From NCBI GenBank assembly GCA_039818205.1, contig JBCBUK010000003.1, positions 346,155 to 410,154 on the forward strand: a stretch of 64,000 nt of DNA, in the 5' to 3' direction. The stretch is from Verrucomicrobiota bacterium. Lineage in GTDB: Bacteria > Verrucomicrobiota > Verrucomicrobiia > Opitutales > Cerasicoccaceae. Shown here piece after piece: positions 54,455 through 64,000 of the stretch; positions within the stretch are counted from its first letter, which is position 1; every line of letters begins with the position of its first letter. The position numbers and the translations under genes are program-made. The notes below the pieces were generated by a model, which worked only from the letters and a program-made list of their open reading frames with translations, ran no database searches and was not told where the DNA came from.

Positions 54455-56854
54455 TCAATACTTCGAGTCGAGGAACATGTAGTAAGTCAAATCGTAGTGG
54501 CCGGCAACAGGCTGCCGATTGGCAAAATTCCATTCGGTAAACCAATCAAAGCTCTCCCAGAAGTTCGTTTGGTTTCTCAAGGTGGCGTAGCGAGCCTTCC
54601 ATGTCGCCCAGTCCTCGGAGCTATTGACGCTGCTTAGGTCGCGCAGCATTGCTAGCGAATCACCGAGATCGACTTCGACGAAGAGATTGGGAAAATCACC
54701 AACCAATCCTTCGTAGACGCTCATGGTATCGAGTTCAGGTTGTGCGGCTCCATTCTCGTCAAAGACGACATTGTTGAAGGCATACGACCGATTCGCGACA
54801 ATGGTGTAGACCCAGCTTTGTTTGCCATCAGACACCCTAAGGTAGGCCAAGCTTGGGAGGTAAGGCGTGAACGCCTGGTGAGTACGCATCGTGAGGCCCG
54901 CAACCGCACTTTCCCACTGTCGGATGTTGGAAATCTGGCTCGGAAGCTCAACGGTCTCCCGGGTTTGTGCTGGGTTCAATGGGTCCATCGGTCCGCTGAC
55001 CTTGGAGCCTAGATGGGCTTGGATCTGCGCAAGAACATGGCTAATCGGATCGTGGTCATCGGATTTTACTGCCGTAGGGGCGTCTTCGCCAGGGAATGGC
55101 ATCGTAAATAGTAGCGCCTGCCCAATTCCTTTGGTCCATTGCTTGCGATAGGTCTGGCGTTGGTCGGGTGGAAGCAGCCGCAAGAAATTGTCCTCGAACT
55201 CTTGCCGCAAGAAACCCATGAACGTCCACGTTTGAAGTTTTTCTTTGGTGCTACCCCAGTAAGTATAGTCTGCCACCAGCGAATAGTAGAGGCGTTCCAG
55301 TCCACTGAAATCGACTAACCAAAACGTGGCCGGAATGCCTCCTTTGCGGCCTTGAACAACCGTCGCATTGGTTTCGTTGCGAAGGATTGTTAGCCATGCG
55401 TTGGGATTCTCGCGATCACCATCCCAGATGTCGCTTACGGAGTATCCGTCCGGCTTGTATTTATAGAGTGTGGTTTCATAAGCTTTTTCATAGTCGGCGT
55501 TTCCGCTGATGCTAAAGCTCATGAAGTCGGTCCAATGATCGAGGCCTAGCTCGGGATCGAGCACCGATGGATCGCTCTCGGGCTTCACAAAGAAGGCCCA
55601 AAAATAGTCCTTGATGGCGTAGGTGGCCAGGTTGCCAACACATACTGGACCTTGGATCATGCCGCTTACAATGAGCTTGGAATGCTCATATAGGAAGGTT
55701 GCTCGTTGCTTGGCGGGAATCGCTCGGAAAACTTCGAATGGGTTGTGGGAGTCGTATCCGGGATCAAGCGGCTCACCTGATTCCCAATTCACTTGAAGGA
55801 ACAGCTCATCGAGACGAGTCAATGTCGCGTCTTGGACTTCCCATAGGAAAAAGGATTTCTGGGCGCGTGACTCGGTTACCTTTTGAAAACGGTAGTAAAC
55901 CTTTTTGATGTCTGGGCGGAGGAAGGGATTGTCGAATGGGCGCGACGTCACGATCTCCTCGATTGGCTCACCCGGAGGAGTCGCTGATCGAACCATGCGG
56001 AAATACTCTTTGGGCATCGCGTCGAAATGGTAGGTTGCGAGGAACGTGTGCTCGAAGAGGTAGCGAGAAACCAACGGAGAACGCGGGTCGTCTTGATTCA
56101 GAAACGTTTCCCACTGGGAAATCACTGTGGGTTGCGAGATTGCGTTCAGTGCGGCTTGTGCATTTGCGGATGGGCCGGGTGCGCCGTCCTTGATCCAGTC
56201 GGTCAGTGTCTGAACTTCCGTTGGCGTTAATGCGGGTAGGGCAAATGGCATCCCGGCTCCTGGGTTTTTCGCAAGCCATTGGCCAAGCTTCCCGGAACCG
56301 GCACAGACGTGGTCGTTCGCCTTGGCGTGAATCGCTGAAACTGGTTCCAAAGAAAACGCTCCTTGATTGTGGGCGTAGCCGGCCATGATCATGCGATAGA
56401 GAATGCTCTCACTGAGCCGCTGATCAGGAGGTGATTTTTCGTCGACGACGGGGAAGAAGCCCCGCTTGCGCCAGGCTTCGATTGACGGTTCATCAATCAA
56501 TCGGACCGGGCGTTCGGGGAATAAATGGACGCCGTCTGGGTTGATTGGCCGGGCACCCCTGGCCAGACCTTCGTAGCAGGTTAGCTTGAGCAAGCACGGT
56601 GAGTTGAGGCAGCCGTGGCAGGCGATGCAGCGTGCGTCGAAAATTGGTTGAATCTGGGTGAGATAGTGGTCCTTGGCTAGAACCACGCTATTATCGGAAA
56701 CAATCGATTGCTGGGTCTCCGGTTCAGGCTCAACGAATCCTTCCCACCCGGGCTTAAAGTCCGGTGCAAAGTTATAGATGGCAACCAGAGTAGCGATTAG
56801 TAGAACGAGCACCAAGGCGAGGCCTCCGAGGATTTTAAGCAGCGTGGGTTTCAT
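54455..56854 (-). CDS. cti: Fatty acid cis/trans isomerase
   Basis: IQPIFDARCIACHGC..SPC.LKL..EGL.RGA, AWRKRGF, SRYLFEH.FL, RMVRSATPPG, NPFEVF.AIP, GPVC.G. Confidence 0.87.
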   Translation of the reverse strand: MKPTLLKILGGLALVLVLLIATLVAIYNFAPDFKPGWEGFVEPEPETQQSIVSDNSVVLAKDHYLTQIQPIFDARCIACHGCLNSPCLLKLTCYEGLARGARPINPDGVHLFPERPVRLIDEPSIEAWRKRGFFPVVDEKSPPDQRLSESILYRMIMAGYAHNQGAFSLEPVSAIHAKANDHVCAGSGKLGQWLAKNPGAGMPFALPALTPTEVQTLTDWIKDGAPGPSANAQAALNAISQPTVISQWETFLNQDDPRSPLVSRYLFEHTFLATYHFDAMPKEYFRMVRSATPPGEPIEEIVTSRPFDNPFLRPDIKKVYYRFQKVTESRAQKSFFLWEVQDATLTRLDELFLQVNWESGEPLDPGYDSHNPFEVFRAIPAKQRATFLYEHSKLIVSGMIQGPVCVGNLATYAIKDYFWAFFVKPESDPSVLDPELGLDHWTDFMSFSISGNADYEKAYETTLYKYKPDGYSVSDIWDGDRENPNAWLTILRNETNATVVQGRKGGIPATFWLVDFSGLERLYYSLVADYTYWGSTKEKLQTWTFMGFLRQEFEDNFLRLLPPDQRQTYRKQWTKGIGQALLFTMPFPGEDAPTAVKSDDHDPISHVLAQIQAHLGSKVSGPMDPLNPAQTRETVELPSQISNIRQWESAVAGLTMRTHQAFTPYLPSLAYLRVSDGKQSWVYTIVANRSYAFNNVVFDENGAAQPELDTMSVYEGLVGDFPNLFVEVDLGDSLAMLRDLSSVNSSEDWATWKARYATLRNQTNFWESFDWFTEWNFANRQPVAGHYDLTYYMFLDSKY

Positions 56855-56992
56855 TGCCGGGGAGTCTGCCAACTACCCCCGATGGGCTCAACCGTTTTCC
56901 CGGCTGATCTCCCTAGGATTCGAGGGCGACGCTCGCTGTCGTATACAAGCGCAATCGAGCGCCGCCATTTTTACCTCGGTAACTCCTCGAGC

Positions 56993-58405
56993 TCAACTCA
57001 GGTTCATGAAGCCAACAGGAGGTTCGCCCCCAATATTATAGAAGCGATCGAGGTTTGGGAAAATGTCGTTGAGCTGGTTGCTGCTCGCGCCGAACCATTG
57101 GGCAAGTTCGGCAAAGTATTCGTCCGTTGAGAGGGTGGGGATCAGGCGCCCTCGTCCCGTGTCTAACGATGTCCCTAATGCCAGGTCTGGATATTGCCCG
57201 TAGATAAGCCCGCCATTGACCGCGCCACCCATGACGATTTGATTGCCACCCCAGGCGTGGTCGGTGCCTCGCCCGTTACTGGTCAAGGTCCTCGCAAAGT
57301 CTGAGGTTGTGAAGGTCGTCACTTTATCATGGACCTTAAGTTCCTTCATGGCGGTATTGAATTCACCTAGCGCTTTGCTGACGACGGGTAGCATGGCGGC
57401 GTGTGCGTTAAGCAACTCATCGTGATGATCATACCCGCCCATAAGAACGAAGAATGTTTGCCGGCGCATGCCTAGGGTCTCGCGTGCAGCAACTGTGCGG
57501 GCAATCATCTGAAAGGCTTGAGACAATTCGCTTGGACTGAACACGGTCGTGAGCGTTTGCTGGGCGATGGCGTCGGCAAACTCCTTACTCGCGTCGATCG
57601 CACCGGCTGTCGTTTCGCCAAAGGTCTGCTGAAAGACATTTTGGTATTGCGCATCCAGTAAGCTGCGGACGCTGGTCTTGTTGATTGCTGCAATCGCGGG
57701 GCTAAACTCTGGGAAATCCACTGGTTGGATGCTGCCGTTCCCCGAAGGCGTGATGTCATAGCTTACGGCCTGCTGCCCCGATTGAAACACATTGGTGCCG
57801 GCGAGGGAAATGTTCATCGAGATGCGCGGATTGCTGTTGGTGGAGTTCAGGATGTCCGCGACCCGGCCACCCCAGCCATTGGCACTTCGGGAGTCGGGAA
57901 CGCTTGTTTGCCAATGCATGATTTGATCGCTGTGAGAAAACAAACCGAGAGGTAGTCTGGCTGAACCATTTTCGAAGGCGCTCAATGTTGTTGGCTCGAC
58001 CAGGGTACCGACATTGGCGACGAAAGCGGCTTCACCGGAATTATAGAGTGCCGCAAGCTCCGGCATGCCAGAATGTAGCCCGAGGGAGGGCGTGTTCGGA
58101 CTATCAGTTAGTTGAAGCAAGCTGTTGCGGGCGAGGGCGAGATTGCTGCGAGTGGTTGAATACGCGGCATGCTCACTCACGCCGCGAGGAACCAGCATAT
58201 TGAAACTGTCATTTCCTCCAGCGAGCATCACACAGACCAAGGCCCGATAATCGTTTCCGGTGGCGTTCATCATGTCGATGTTCGTCGCGGCAGCCGCTTT
58301 AGCCATGTCCAGGTTGAGGAGTGTTGAGATAATGGGAGTTGCCGTTACGGCTGCACAGGAAAGCTGGCCCAGGAAGCGTCGGCGGTTCATGTCGGTTGAG
58401 CTCAT
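56993..58405 (-). CDS. DUF1501 family protein, Tat-exported
   Basis: [48 protein letters not shown]; start moved to MSSTDM. Confidence 0.9.
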   Translation of the reverse strand: MSSTDMNRRRFLGQLSCAAVTATPIISTLLNLDMAKAAAATNIDMMNATGNDYRALVCVMLAGGNDSFNMLVPRGVSEHAAYSTTRSNLALARNSLLQLTDSPNTPSLGLHSGMPELAALYNSGEAAFVANVGTLVEPTTLSAFENGSARLPLGLFSHSDQIMHWQTSVPDSRSANGWGGRVADILNSTNSNPRISMNISLAGTNVFQSGQQAVSYDITPSGNGSIQPVDFPEFSPAIAAINKTSVRSLLDAQYQNVFQQTFGETTAGAIDASKEFADAIAQQTLTTVFSPSELSQAFQMIARTVAARETLGMRRQTFFVLMGGYDHHDELLNAHAAMLPVVSKALGEFNTAMKELKVHDKVTTFTTSDFARTLTSNGRGTDHAWGGNQIVMGGAVNGGLIYGQYPDLALGTSLDTGRGRLIPTLSTDEYFAELAQWFGASSNQLNDIFPNLDRFYNIGGEPPVGFMNLS

Positions 58406-58427
58406 GGAGTATTGATGATTGAAGGTT

Positions 58428-60722
58428 CTACTTGAGGACCGCAAAGTCCGGGGAGTTGGCAAAAAAGTTGAGGGCGAAGAGGACGACGTCCCAGTCGTCC
58501 GCGATGTTGAGAGCGCGGATGTCGGTTAGTGCCTGCTCGATTGTCTGCTTGGAGTTTGAATTCATCGAGCCATAGGTGAGGATGATGTCGAGGCGATCGA
58601 CGAGTGCTTTGGAGTCCTCCCATAGTTCGGCTTCGTCCTCTAGATCGGGCATGGCGTAGTCTTCGGTCGGGCCGACTTGCTCAAGCTCCATAAACTCTCC
58701 GTAGCCTAATGCGAACACCCAAAAGTTGATGGCTGCAACGCTTGTGGTTGAAGTCGTGATCTGGAACTCCGGAGCTACCAGGCCGAGGTCTTTGATTTGG
58801 CCCTTTGGCGCATGATCGGGTAAGAAAAAATTGAAGACGCTGGGAGCGGCCAGCGGGCGTTGCTTGAAGACCTGAGAACTGTCATCGAAGTCTACCCGGA
58901 AGTTGCCAGAGACGGTTGTCAGGTTGAATGCCCGGCAGATGTGCAGGTAGCGGATATAGGGTTCGCGAAGCATGCCGTTGGTTGGGTCGTTGAGAAAACC
59001 CCGGTTGCGCGCCTCCGGATCGAGAAGAATCGCACGGATGACGGCCTGCATGTCGCCCCTTATACCTTGCCCGTTGTCGTTGAAGGCGGCCGCTACCCGC
59101 GAGATGTAGGCGGGGCTGGGATTGCTTTTGATTAAGCGCTGAATCAGCAGGCGGCTCACGAACGGCCCGGTGTTAGGATGGTTGAACAAGTTGCTAATCG
59201 CTCCACGAATGTCCTGCTCGGTTGTTTGATTAGCAGGCAGCTGACCCGTGACGACCTGGCTGTTTATTGTGGTGTAGCTGAGTAGTTGCTTCGGGTCGGT
59301 ATCGTGCAGCGGTTCATAAGCAAACATTGGCATGTTCAGATGGACGTCACTCACGGTCAGGAATTCATCTTCGCTTTCGATGACAAACGGATCATCAGGA
59401 TCATCATCGTAGGGGATGCCGGCGGGTGGCGGAGCAGGGTTGTAAGTGAGTCCGGTAAATATGCGGGCAAACTCGCGGATGTCTTTGTTGGAGTAAGTCG
59501 GAATGCCGTTGCCGTTCGCGTCGGTCTTGCGTGTCCCATCCTGGTTGAGTTCGTAGAGTCCAATCGTGAAAAGCTGCATTAGCTCTCGGGCGTAGTTTTC
59601 ATCGGGAAATCGATTGGTAGCCAGGTCGGCTTTGCGGTTGCGGGCATGGGTCAGGAAGTTTCCCATTACAGGGCTCATGCTGACGTCGAACAGGAGATCC
59701 TCGTAGTTGCCGAAGGAGTGTTTGACGAGCAGATCATAGTAACCGGTCAAGCCCCATTGAACGTCTTCAAAGAGATCGCTGCCGACTTCTGAGACGACGA
59801 GGATTTCGCTCAAGGCAAAGGCAACTCGTTGGCGAAGCAGATCGGGGGCTTTCATATTAACATCCCACCAGGACCAGATGAATGGACGGATGCTTGGGTC
59901 GTCGTCAAATTCTCCCGGGATGCCGAGGGCGCCGTTACGTGGAAGGTGAAAGGTCGGGGGAAGGGCGAATTGCTGGTCCAGCCAATCAGAGAAACCGGTT
60001 TGCGAAACCTGTTGAATGAGCTCGTAGTCTGCGCCGAGTGTCGCCTGAACGAGGAATCGCGACGCCTCTTCCATCGAGGGTTTGGTCGGCTGTGTACTCT
60101 TGCCACCGACGTTGAAGGGCGTGGAGCCACCCGCTAAGCGGATTGCTTTTTCATAGTCGGTTCCGGCGCTGTCTCTAGCTGTATTGCGAGAGTTGTCATC
60201 GAATCCGAGCATGGCTTCCTCGTAGGCCAATAAGCCGTCGTTATCGGCGTCTTGATCAGAGACTACCAATCGAAAGAAACGCGTGTACCCGAAGCGGTTT
60301 GGATCTGCGGCGGTCATGTTGATCATGCTACCGGTTCCGTTCTGCGTGCTCCCGAGGCGCTGCCAACTGCCAAGGCTATCGCTCCATTCGATATGGTAGG
60401 CTTTGTTGGGGACGGTCATCCAGGAAAAGTCAAATTCCGAACGTGCCGGAACGATCTCAAACCGCTCAAGGCGCAGCGGTGCCGTTCGAACAAAGGGGTT
60501 TGTTCCAATGAGACTCTCTTTGAGGTTGGATACACCGTCGTTATCGGCGTCCTGATCAGGGGCCAAACTGGTGGCATCATAGAAGGCCTCCCAGATATCG
60601 CTCATGCCATCTCCATCGAGGTCGAGTCCCTTGCCACCAGTTGTCGTTGGCGTCTGGGCAGAGAGGTCAGGGTTCAGGTGGAGCAGTGCGAGGTAACCGA
60701 GAAAACGTAACTTGGGAATCAT
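58428..60722 (-). CDS. DUF1800 family protein
   Basis: ASRFLVQATLG, LRQRVAFALSEI, PDENYARELMQLFTIGL, APSVFNFF, APEFQI; start probably MIPKLR. Confidence 0.9.
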   Translation of the reverse strand: MIPKLRFLGYLALLHLNPDLSAQTPTTTGGKGLDLDGDGMSDIWEAFYDATSLAPDQDADNDGVSNLKESLIGTNPFVRTAPLRLERFEIVPARSEFDFSWMTVPNKAYHIEWSDSLGSWQRLGSTQNGTGSMINMTAADPNRFGYTRFFRLVVSDQDADNDGLLAYEEAMLGFDDNSRNTARDSAGTDYEKAIRLAGGSTPFNVGGKSTQPTKPSMEEASRFLVQATLGADYELIQQVSQTGFSDWLDQQFALPPTFHLPRNGALGIPGEFDDDPSIRPFIWSWWDVNMKAPDLLRQRVAFALSEILVVSEVGSDLFEDVQWGLTGYYDLLVKHSFGNYEDLLFDVSMSPVMGNFLTHARNRKADLATNRFPDENYARELMQLFTIGLYELNQDGTRKTDANGNGIPTYSNKDIREFARIFTGLTYNPAPPPAGIPYDDDPDDPFVIESEDEFLTVSDVHLNMPMFAYEPLHDTDPKQLLSYTTINSQVVTGQLPANQTTEQDIRGAISNLFNHPNTGPFVSRLLIQRLIKSNPSPAYISRVAAAFNDNGQGIRGDMQAVIRAILLDPEARNRGFLNDPTNGMLREPYIRYLHICRAFNLTTVSGNFRVDFDDSSQVFKQRPLAAPSVFNFFLPDHAPKGQIKDLGLVAPEFQITTSTTSVAAINFWVFALGYGEFMELEQVGPTEDYAMPDLEDEAELWEDSKALVDRLDIILTYGSMNSNSKQTIEQALTDIRALNIADDWDVVLFALNFFANSPDFAVLK

Positions 60723-61110
60723 ACTAAAACAACGCACCAATCTCGATTATTATTGGTGCGATGTTTCGGAAAATTTTTAGCGAGATTTCTTCCGTTGTTT
60801 TTCGGCCTGGTTGATCGCGAAGGCTGTTGATCGAACCAAGCAAGGCGTTAGCTCAAACGCTCGGACAGTGTTCTTTGAAACCAAATCTAACGGGTCCACC
60901 TATTTCAGATAGAGCTCAAAAATGTAAAACTTGCGGTACTGCGAGCGGTGAACGCATGAATGATGCCTCCAATTAGAGTAAAAGCGATTGCAATACTAGA
61001 GCGCAGCGCGGCTCGGGTGGAGCCCACAAATGAAGGCCTAGCGAGACTATTCCAGAAATACATAACAGCAGCAGAAAGTTATTCTGCCTAATTAGCTTTT
61101 CAGTATTTCT

Positions 61111-61806
61111 CTAGTCAATAGAGACGATCTTTGCATTGCGCATTTCTATTTTCATCACTGCGTTATTGTGAATCTGCAGACCGATGATTCCTTCCTTGGA
61201 ACCGTTCGGATCATGGTCGATGAAGTCCATGATTTTGATGCCGTTCAACCAATACTCAAAGCGATTCCCTCTCGCGCGAATGGTCATGCGGTTCCATTTA
61301 TTTACTTTGAAAACCGAGTCGATGATCTCTTTATCAACGAATACGCGTAGCTTTGGTCGAGCGTACCAGTCTCCAAGCGAGCCACACAGTTTACCGTGTG
61401 CGACATCATACTCGTAGCCTGAAGCGGCTTCGTAAACTGGCGAGTTTTCTCGCCATTGGTATGGGATCGGGTTTACGCGGTAATAGATACCAGAATTAGG
61501 GTTTTTGCTGCCGGTAAGCTTTAACTCACAGCTAAAGACGAAGTCAGCGAATCGTTCTTTGGTGTAGAGCCATTCGGGTTTTTTGATCGGTTCCGGTCCG
61601 GTATCTCCAATGATGACATCGCCTACAATCGACCAGCAATCTGATGGAACGGTCCAGCCTTCCAAGGACCCGGCTTCAATCAGTGAAATCGTGTTGTTCG
61701 TCTCGGAACTAACGCTGGGCTCCGTGGCCTCATTGGCCGAATTCGCAGAAATGGACGGGCCTAAGATAAAGAAGGGTAGGACAAGCAAGAGCAGTATTTT
61801 CTTCAT
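61111..61806 (-). CDS. DUF1080 (3-keto-disaccharide hydrolase-like) secreted protein
   Basis: [34 protein letters not shown]. Confidence 0.88.
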   Translation of the reverse strand: MKKILLLLVLPFFILGPSISANSANEATEPSVSSETNNTISLIEAGSLEGWTVPSDCWSIVGDVIIGDTGPEPIKKPEWLYTKERFADFVFSCELKLTGSKNPNSGIYYRVNPIPYQWRENSPVYEAASGYEYDVAHGKLCGSLGDWYARPKLRVFVDKEIIDSVFKVNKWNRMTIRARGNRFEYWLNGIKIMDFIDHDPNGSKEGIIGLQIHNNAVMKIEMRNAKIVSID

Positions 61807-61937
61807 GGCTCAATGGTTATTTGAAACTAGCGAGGGTGGCAACTATTCGTTCACGACTCGATTCATGGCGCTTGTGGCGTCGGTTGCGGTTGACAAGGCA
61901 TTGAGTCTGCAGCTTTTTGTTTAGGCGCTAGCTGAAC

Positions 61938-62303
61938 ATGATATTGAAGATCCTTAACGCCTTGCTTGGTCTGCTGCTCCTATTGTTCGCTGTAGTGCAG
62001 GTCAATGATCCAGATGGATGGTTCTGGTCATTGATCTACCTTATACCGGTTGTGGGAGCTGGTGTCGCGGCGTTTGGAACGACTTTGTTCAAGAAGCGAT
62101 TTCTGATGCCGGTCTTTTTCCTGGTGTTGGGGATGCTGATGTTATTAACAATCTACTATTGGCCGCGGACCCCGGAATTCTGGAAGCAGGAAGTTTGGTG
62201 GAACACCGAAACCGCTCGTGAGGGGCTGGGCATGATGATTGCCACCATGGCGTTTGCATTCTCAACATTTACTGTCTGGAGACGGAAAAAGTCTGCCCGA
62301 TAG
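61938..62303 (+). CDS. Transmembrane 220 family protein
   Basis: AVVQVNDPD..W..IY, AREGLG. Confidence 0.85.
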   Translation: MILKILNALLGLLLLLFAVVQVNDPDGWFWSLIYLIPVVGAGVAAFGTTLFKKRFLMPVFFLVLGMLMLLTIYYWPRTPEFWKQEVWWNTETAREGLGMMIATMAFAFSTFTVWRRKKSAR

Positions 62304-62482
62304 AGATTGCCGCCAGTAAGTCCCGCCCTGTATTGAACGAGATTGGATCATACGAGCATCCCCGGCGATTCTCAATTGCTGGTTTCGGCCAGCATTGTAC
62401 TGAAAACATCTGCGCCTGCGGTTCATTGATGCTGAGGAGGCATATTCTCGGGTTCGCCTGGAGTGCGACCAAGTGTCCGTGA

Positions 62483-63499
62483 TTAGTTGTATTCCGTTCG
62501 ACCTACTGGCTTGCCTTGAATCATTGACCAAAGCCGATTGAATGCTTCTTTTGACGGCTTGCGAAAGTTTACCAATTCGACGTGTTCGTCTGGGTGTTCT
62601 GGATCTATGCGGATGCCCCATAAGGGTTCTATTGAGTCTGGAAAGAGAGAGTAGCGCAGGTCTCCCAATACTTGCTGATGATTCGGGGCTAGGTATAGAT
62701 AGCCTTGCGAGAAATGGTTGAAGCGCTGAATGTCATTTGCCTGCGTGCTAGCTGCTTCGACAAGCTGCTTGGTATCAATTCGCTCAACCTGGCTTCCTTC
62801 ATAAAGGGTCGGGTTGAAGAAAGGCATTAACCATACGGCATCGACGTAGTAGTGCCTGTTGTCCTCAACGACCAAACGCCATAGGATAGTATTGGCGAAA
62901 GATGGACGCGCAGTGACAGATTCAACATCGACGCCACGTAGCTCGGCTAGCTCATAGGCGTAGGAAGTTGCGCGTTCGCGTTGAACAAAGCCAAACAACA
63001 GATAGCTGGCGCAAAGTATAAGGCCTGCCTTTGCGAAGTTCGCGTATTTTCGGATAAATGCTAAGCCAATAAGCATCACCAGCGGCAAAGTGAAAATTGG
63101 GTCGATTATGGAGATTAAATCCCAGGACTCTCGGTGTGAGTTGAGCGGAAGATAGAGCATCGTGCCATAGCTTGTGCAGGCATCGAGCAAGCCGTGCGAG
63201 ATTGCACCTAAGGTAGCAAAAACGAATAACTCTTTTAATGCCCATCTGCGGCTGTAAAATAGATACTTGGCGGATATCGCAACCAGCAATCCGATCACTG
63301 GAGCAAAGAGTAGTGCATGCGTAAAGTGCCGATGAAATTTAAGGGAGATTAGGGGGTCCTTGGACGAGGAGATCAGGACATCCAAATCGGGTAACCCCCC
63401 GGCGATTGCTCCAACTACAAGGGCTCGCCGGATGCTTTGATCGTTGCTGGCCAGAGCAGCAGCCGCAGCACCCAGGCTAACTTGTGATAGCGGATCCAT
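62483..63499 (-). CDS. Metal-dependent hydrolase (YdjM/DUF457-like)
   Basis: MDPLSQ..LGA, LPDLDV, HRHFTH, HGLLDACTSYGT, IIDP. Confidence 0.88.
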   Translation of the reverse strand: MDPLSQVSLGAAAAALASNDQSIRRALVVGAIAGGLPDLDVLISSSKDPLISLKFHRHFTHALLFAPVIGLLVAISAKYLFYSRRWALKELFVFATLGAISHGLLDACTSYGTMLYLPLNSHRESWDLISIIDPIFTLPLVMLIGLAFIRKYANFAKAGLILCASYLLFGFVQRERATSYAYELAELRGVDVESVTARPSFANTILWRLVVEDNRHYYVDAVWLMPFFNPTLYEGSQVERIDTKQLVEAASTQANDIQRFNHFSQGYLYLAPNHQQVLGDLRYSLFPDSIEPLWGIRIDPEHPDEHVELVNFRKPSKEAFNRLWSMIQGKPVGRTEYN

Positions 63500-63699
63500 T
63501 CGACTCGAATATTGGCTGTGTTGAAATAAGTTTCATGTCTGCGCGAACAACTCTGATCTCATTGTCGCTCGGAGTTGGCCCTTTCAATCTGTCTTATTCA
63601 AGTCGTTTAGAAAAGCGATAACTACTTCAATCTATTCGGGCGTTCTTGTTTCTAATGATAGATCAACAATCAACCGACCAAGCATAGGCGATTGGGTGT

Positions 63700-64000
63700 T
63701 TACTGTTTCTCGGGATCAAAACTCGTCGAGTCATTTCGCGTTTGCTCGAGTATACGGTCGAGCTCGGATGGGTCTGGTGATCCAATGATCTCAGTGTCTG
63801 GTTGCAGCTCTTGAAGGCTTGTGATGCCTTCTTGGGTAACGGCGGTATCACCTAGATACAGTTTGCCGATCTGCTTATTGTCGAGTTGGGCTAGACCCTG
63901 ATCACTAAGATCACTTCCGAAAAGGTTGAGTTCCTCGATTGCTGGAAGGGAATTGATGGTCTTTACCATCTCATCGACCGCGGATTGCTTACCAAGAACT
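63700..64000 (-). CDS. Leucine-rich-repeat protein, C-terminal fragment (5' end outside window)
   Basis: IEELNLFGSDLSDQGL, IGKLYLGDTAVTQEGI; the frame stays open to the window edge. Confidence 0.7.
   Translation of the reverse strand, partial: VLGKQSAVDEMVKTINSLPAIEELNLFGSDLSDQGLAQLDNKQIGKLYLGDTAVTQEGITSLQELQPDTEIIGSPDPSELDRILEQTRNDSTSFDPEKQ

Noticed and set aside
60741..61110. Possible ncRNA or riboswitch in a 370-bp intergenic gap (also 34474-34987, 42579-42928, 5049-5448)
   Set aside because: No recognisable riboswitch, tRNA or repeat motifs by eye; an Rfam/Infernal scan is needed to exclude one

Overview
A 64 kb gene-dense bacterial chromosome segment, most likely from Verrucomicrobiota (Opitutales-like). 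The taxonomic call is an inference from the VPEP..RRRR PEP-CTERM protein, the H-X9-D prepilin-like protein, the DUF1800/DUF1501 pairs and the thrS insertion. Housekeeping genes (gyrB-gyrA, cysJ-like, rimO, leuD, exbB/exbD, thrS) are interspersed with many uncharacterised envelope and secreted modules. I could not recognise any rRNA, tRNA, CRISPR array, IS element or prophage. The best candidates for undescribed systems are: (1) a translationally coupled operon of a type-1 copper (cupredoxin) protein, a membrane adenylate cyclase and an outer-membrane beta-barrel; (2) a His-rich dodecin-like protein lacking the flavin-binding residues, next to a Cys-rich MerC-family gene with a Fur/Zur-like operator; (3) a tandem SPFH pair preceded by a membrane-anchored double winged-helix-like protein; (4) two DUF1800/DUF1501 pairs flanking a GspG-like protein, a putatively sigma54-driven minor-pilin cluster and cti; (5) a shared DxDxDG-x2-N-x2-E..G..P / S-D-L..W / F-x-R-L module at the termini of four secreted proteins. 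All family calls come from motif recognition by eye; no searches were run.
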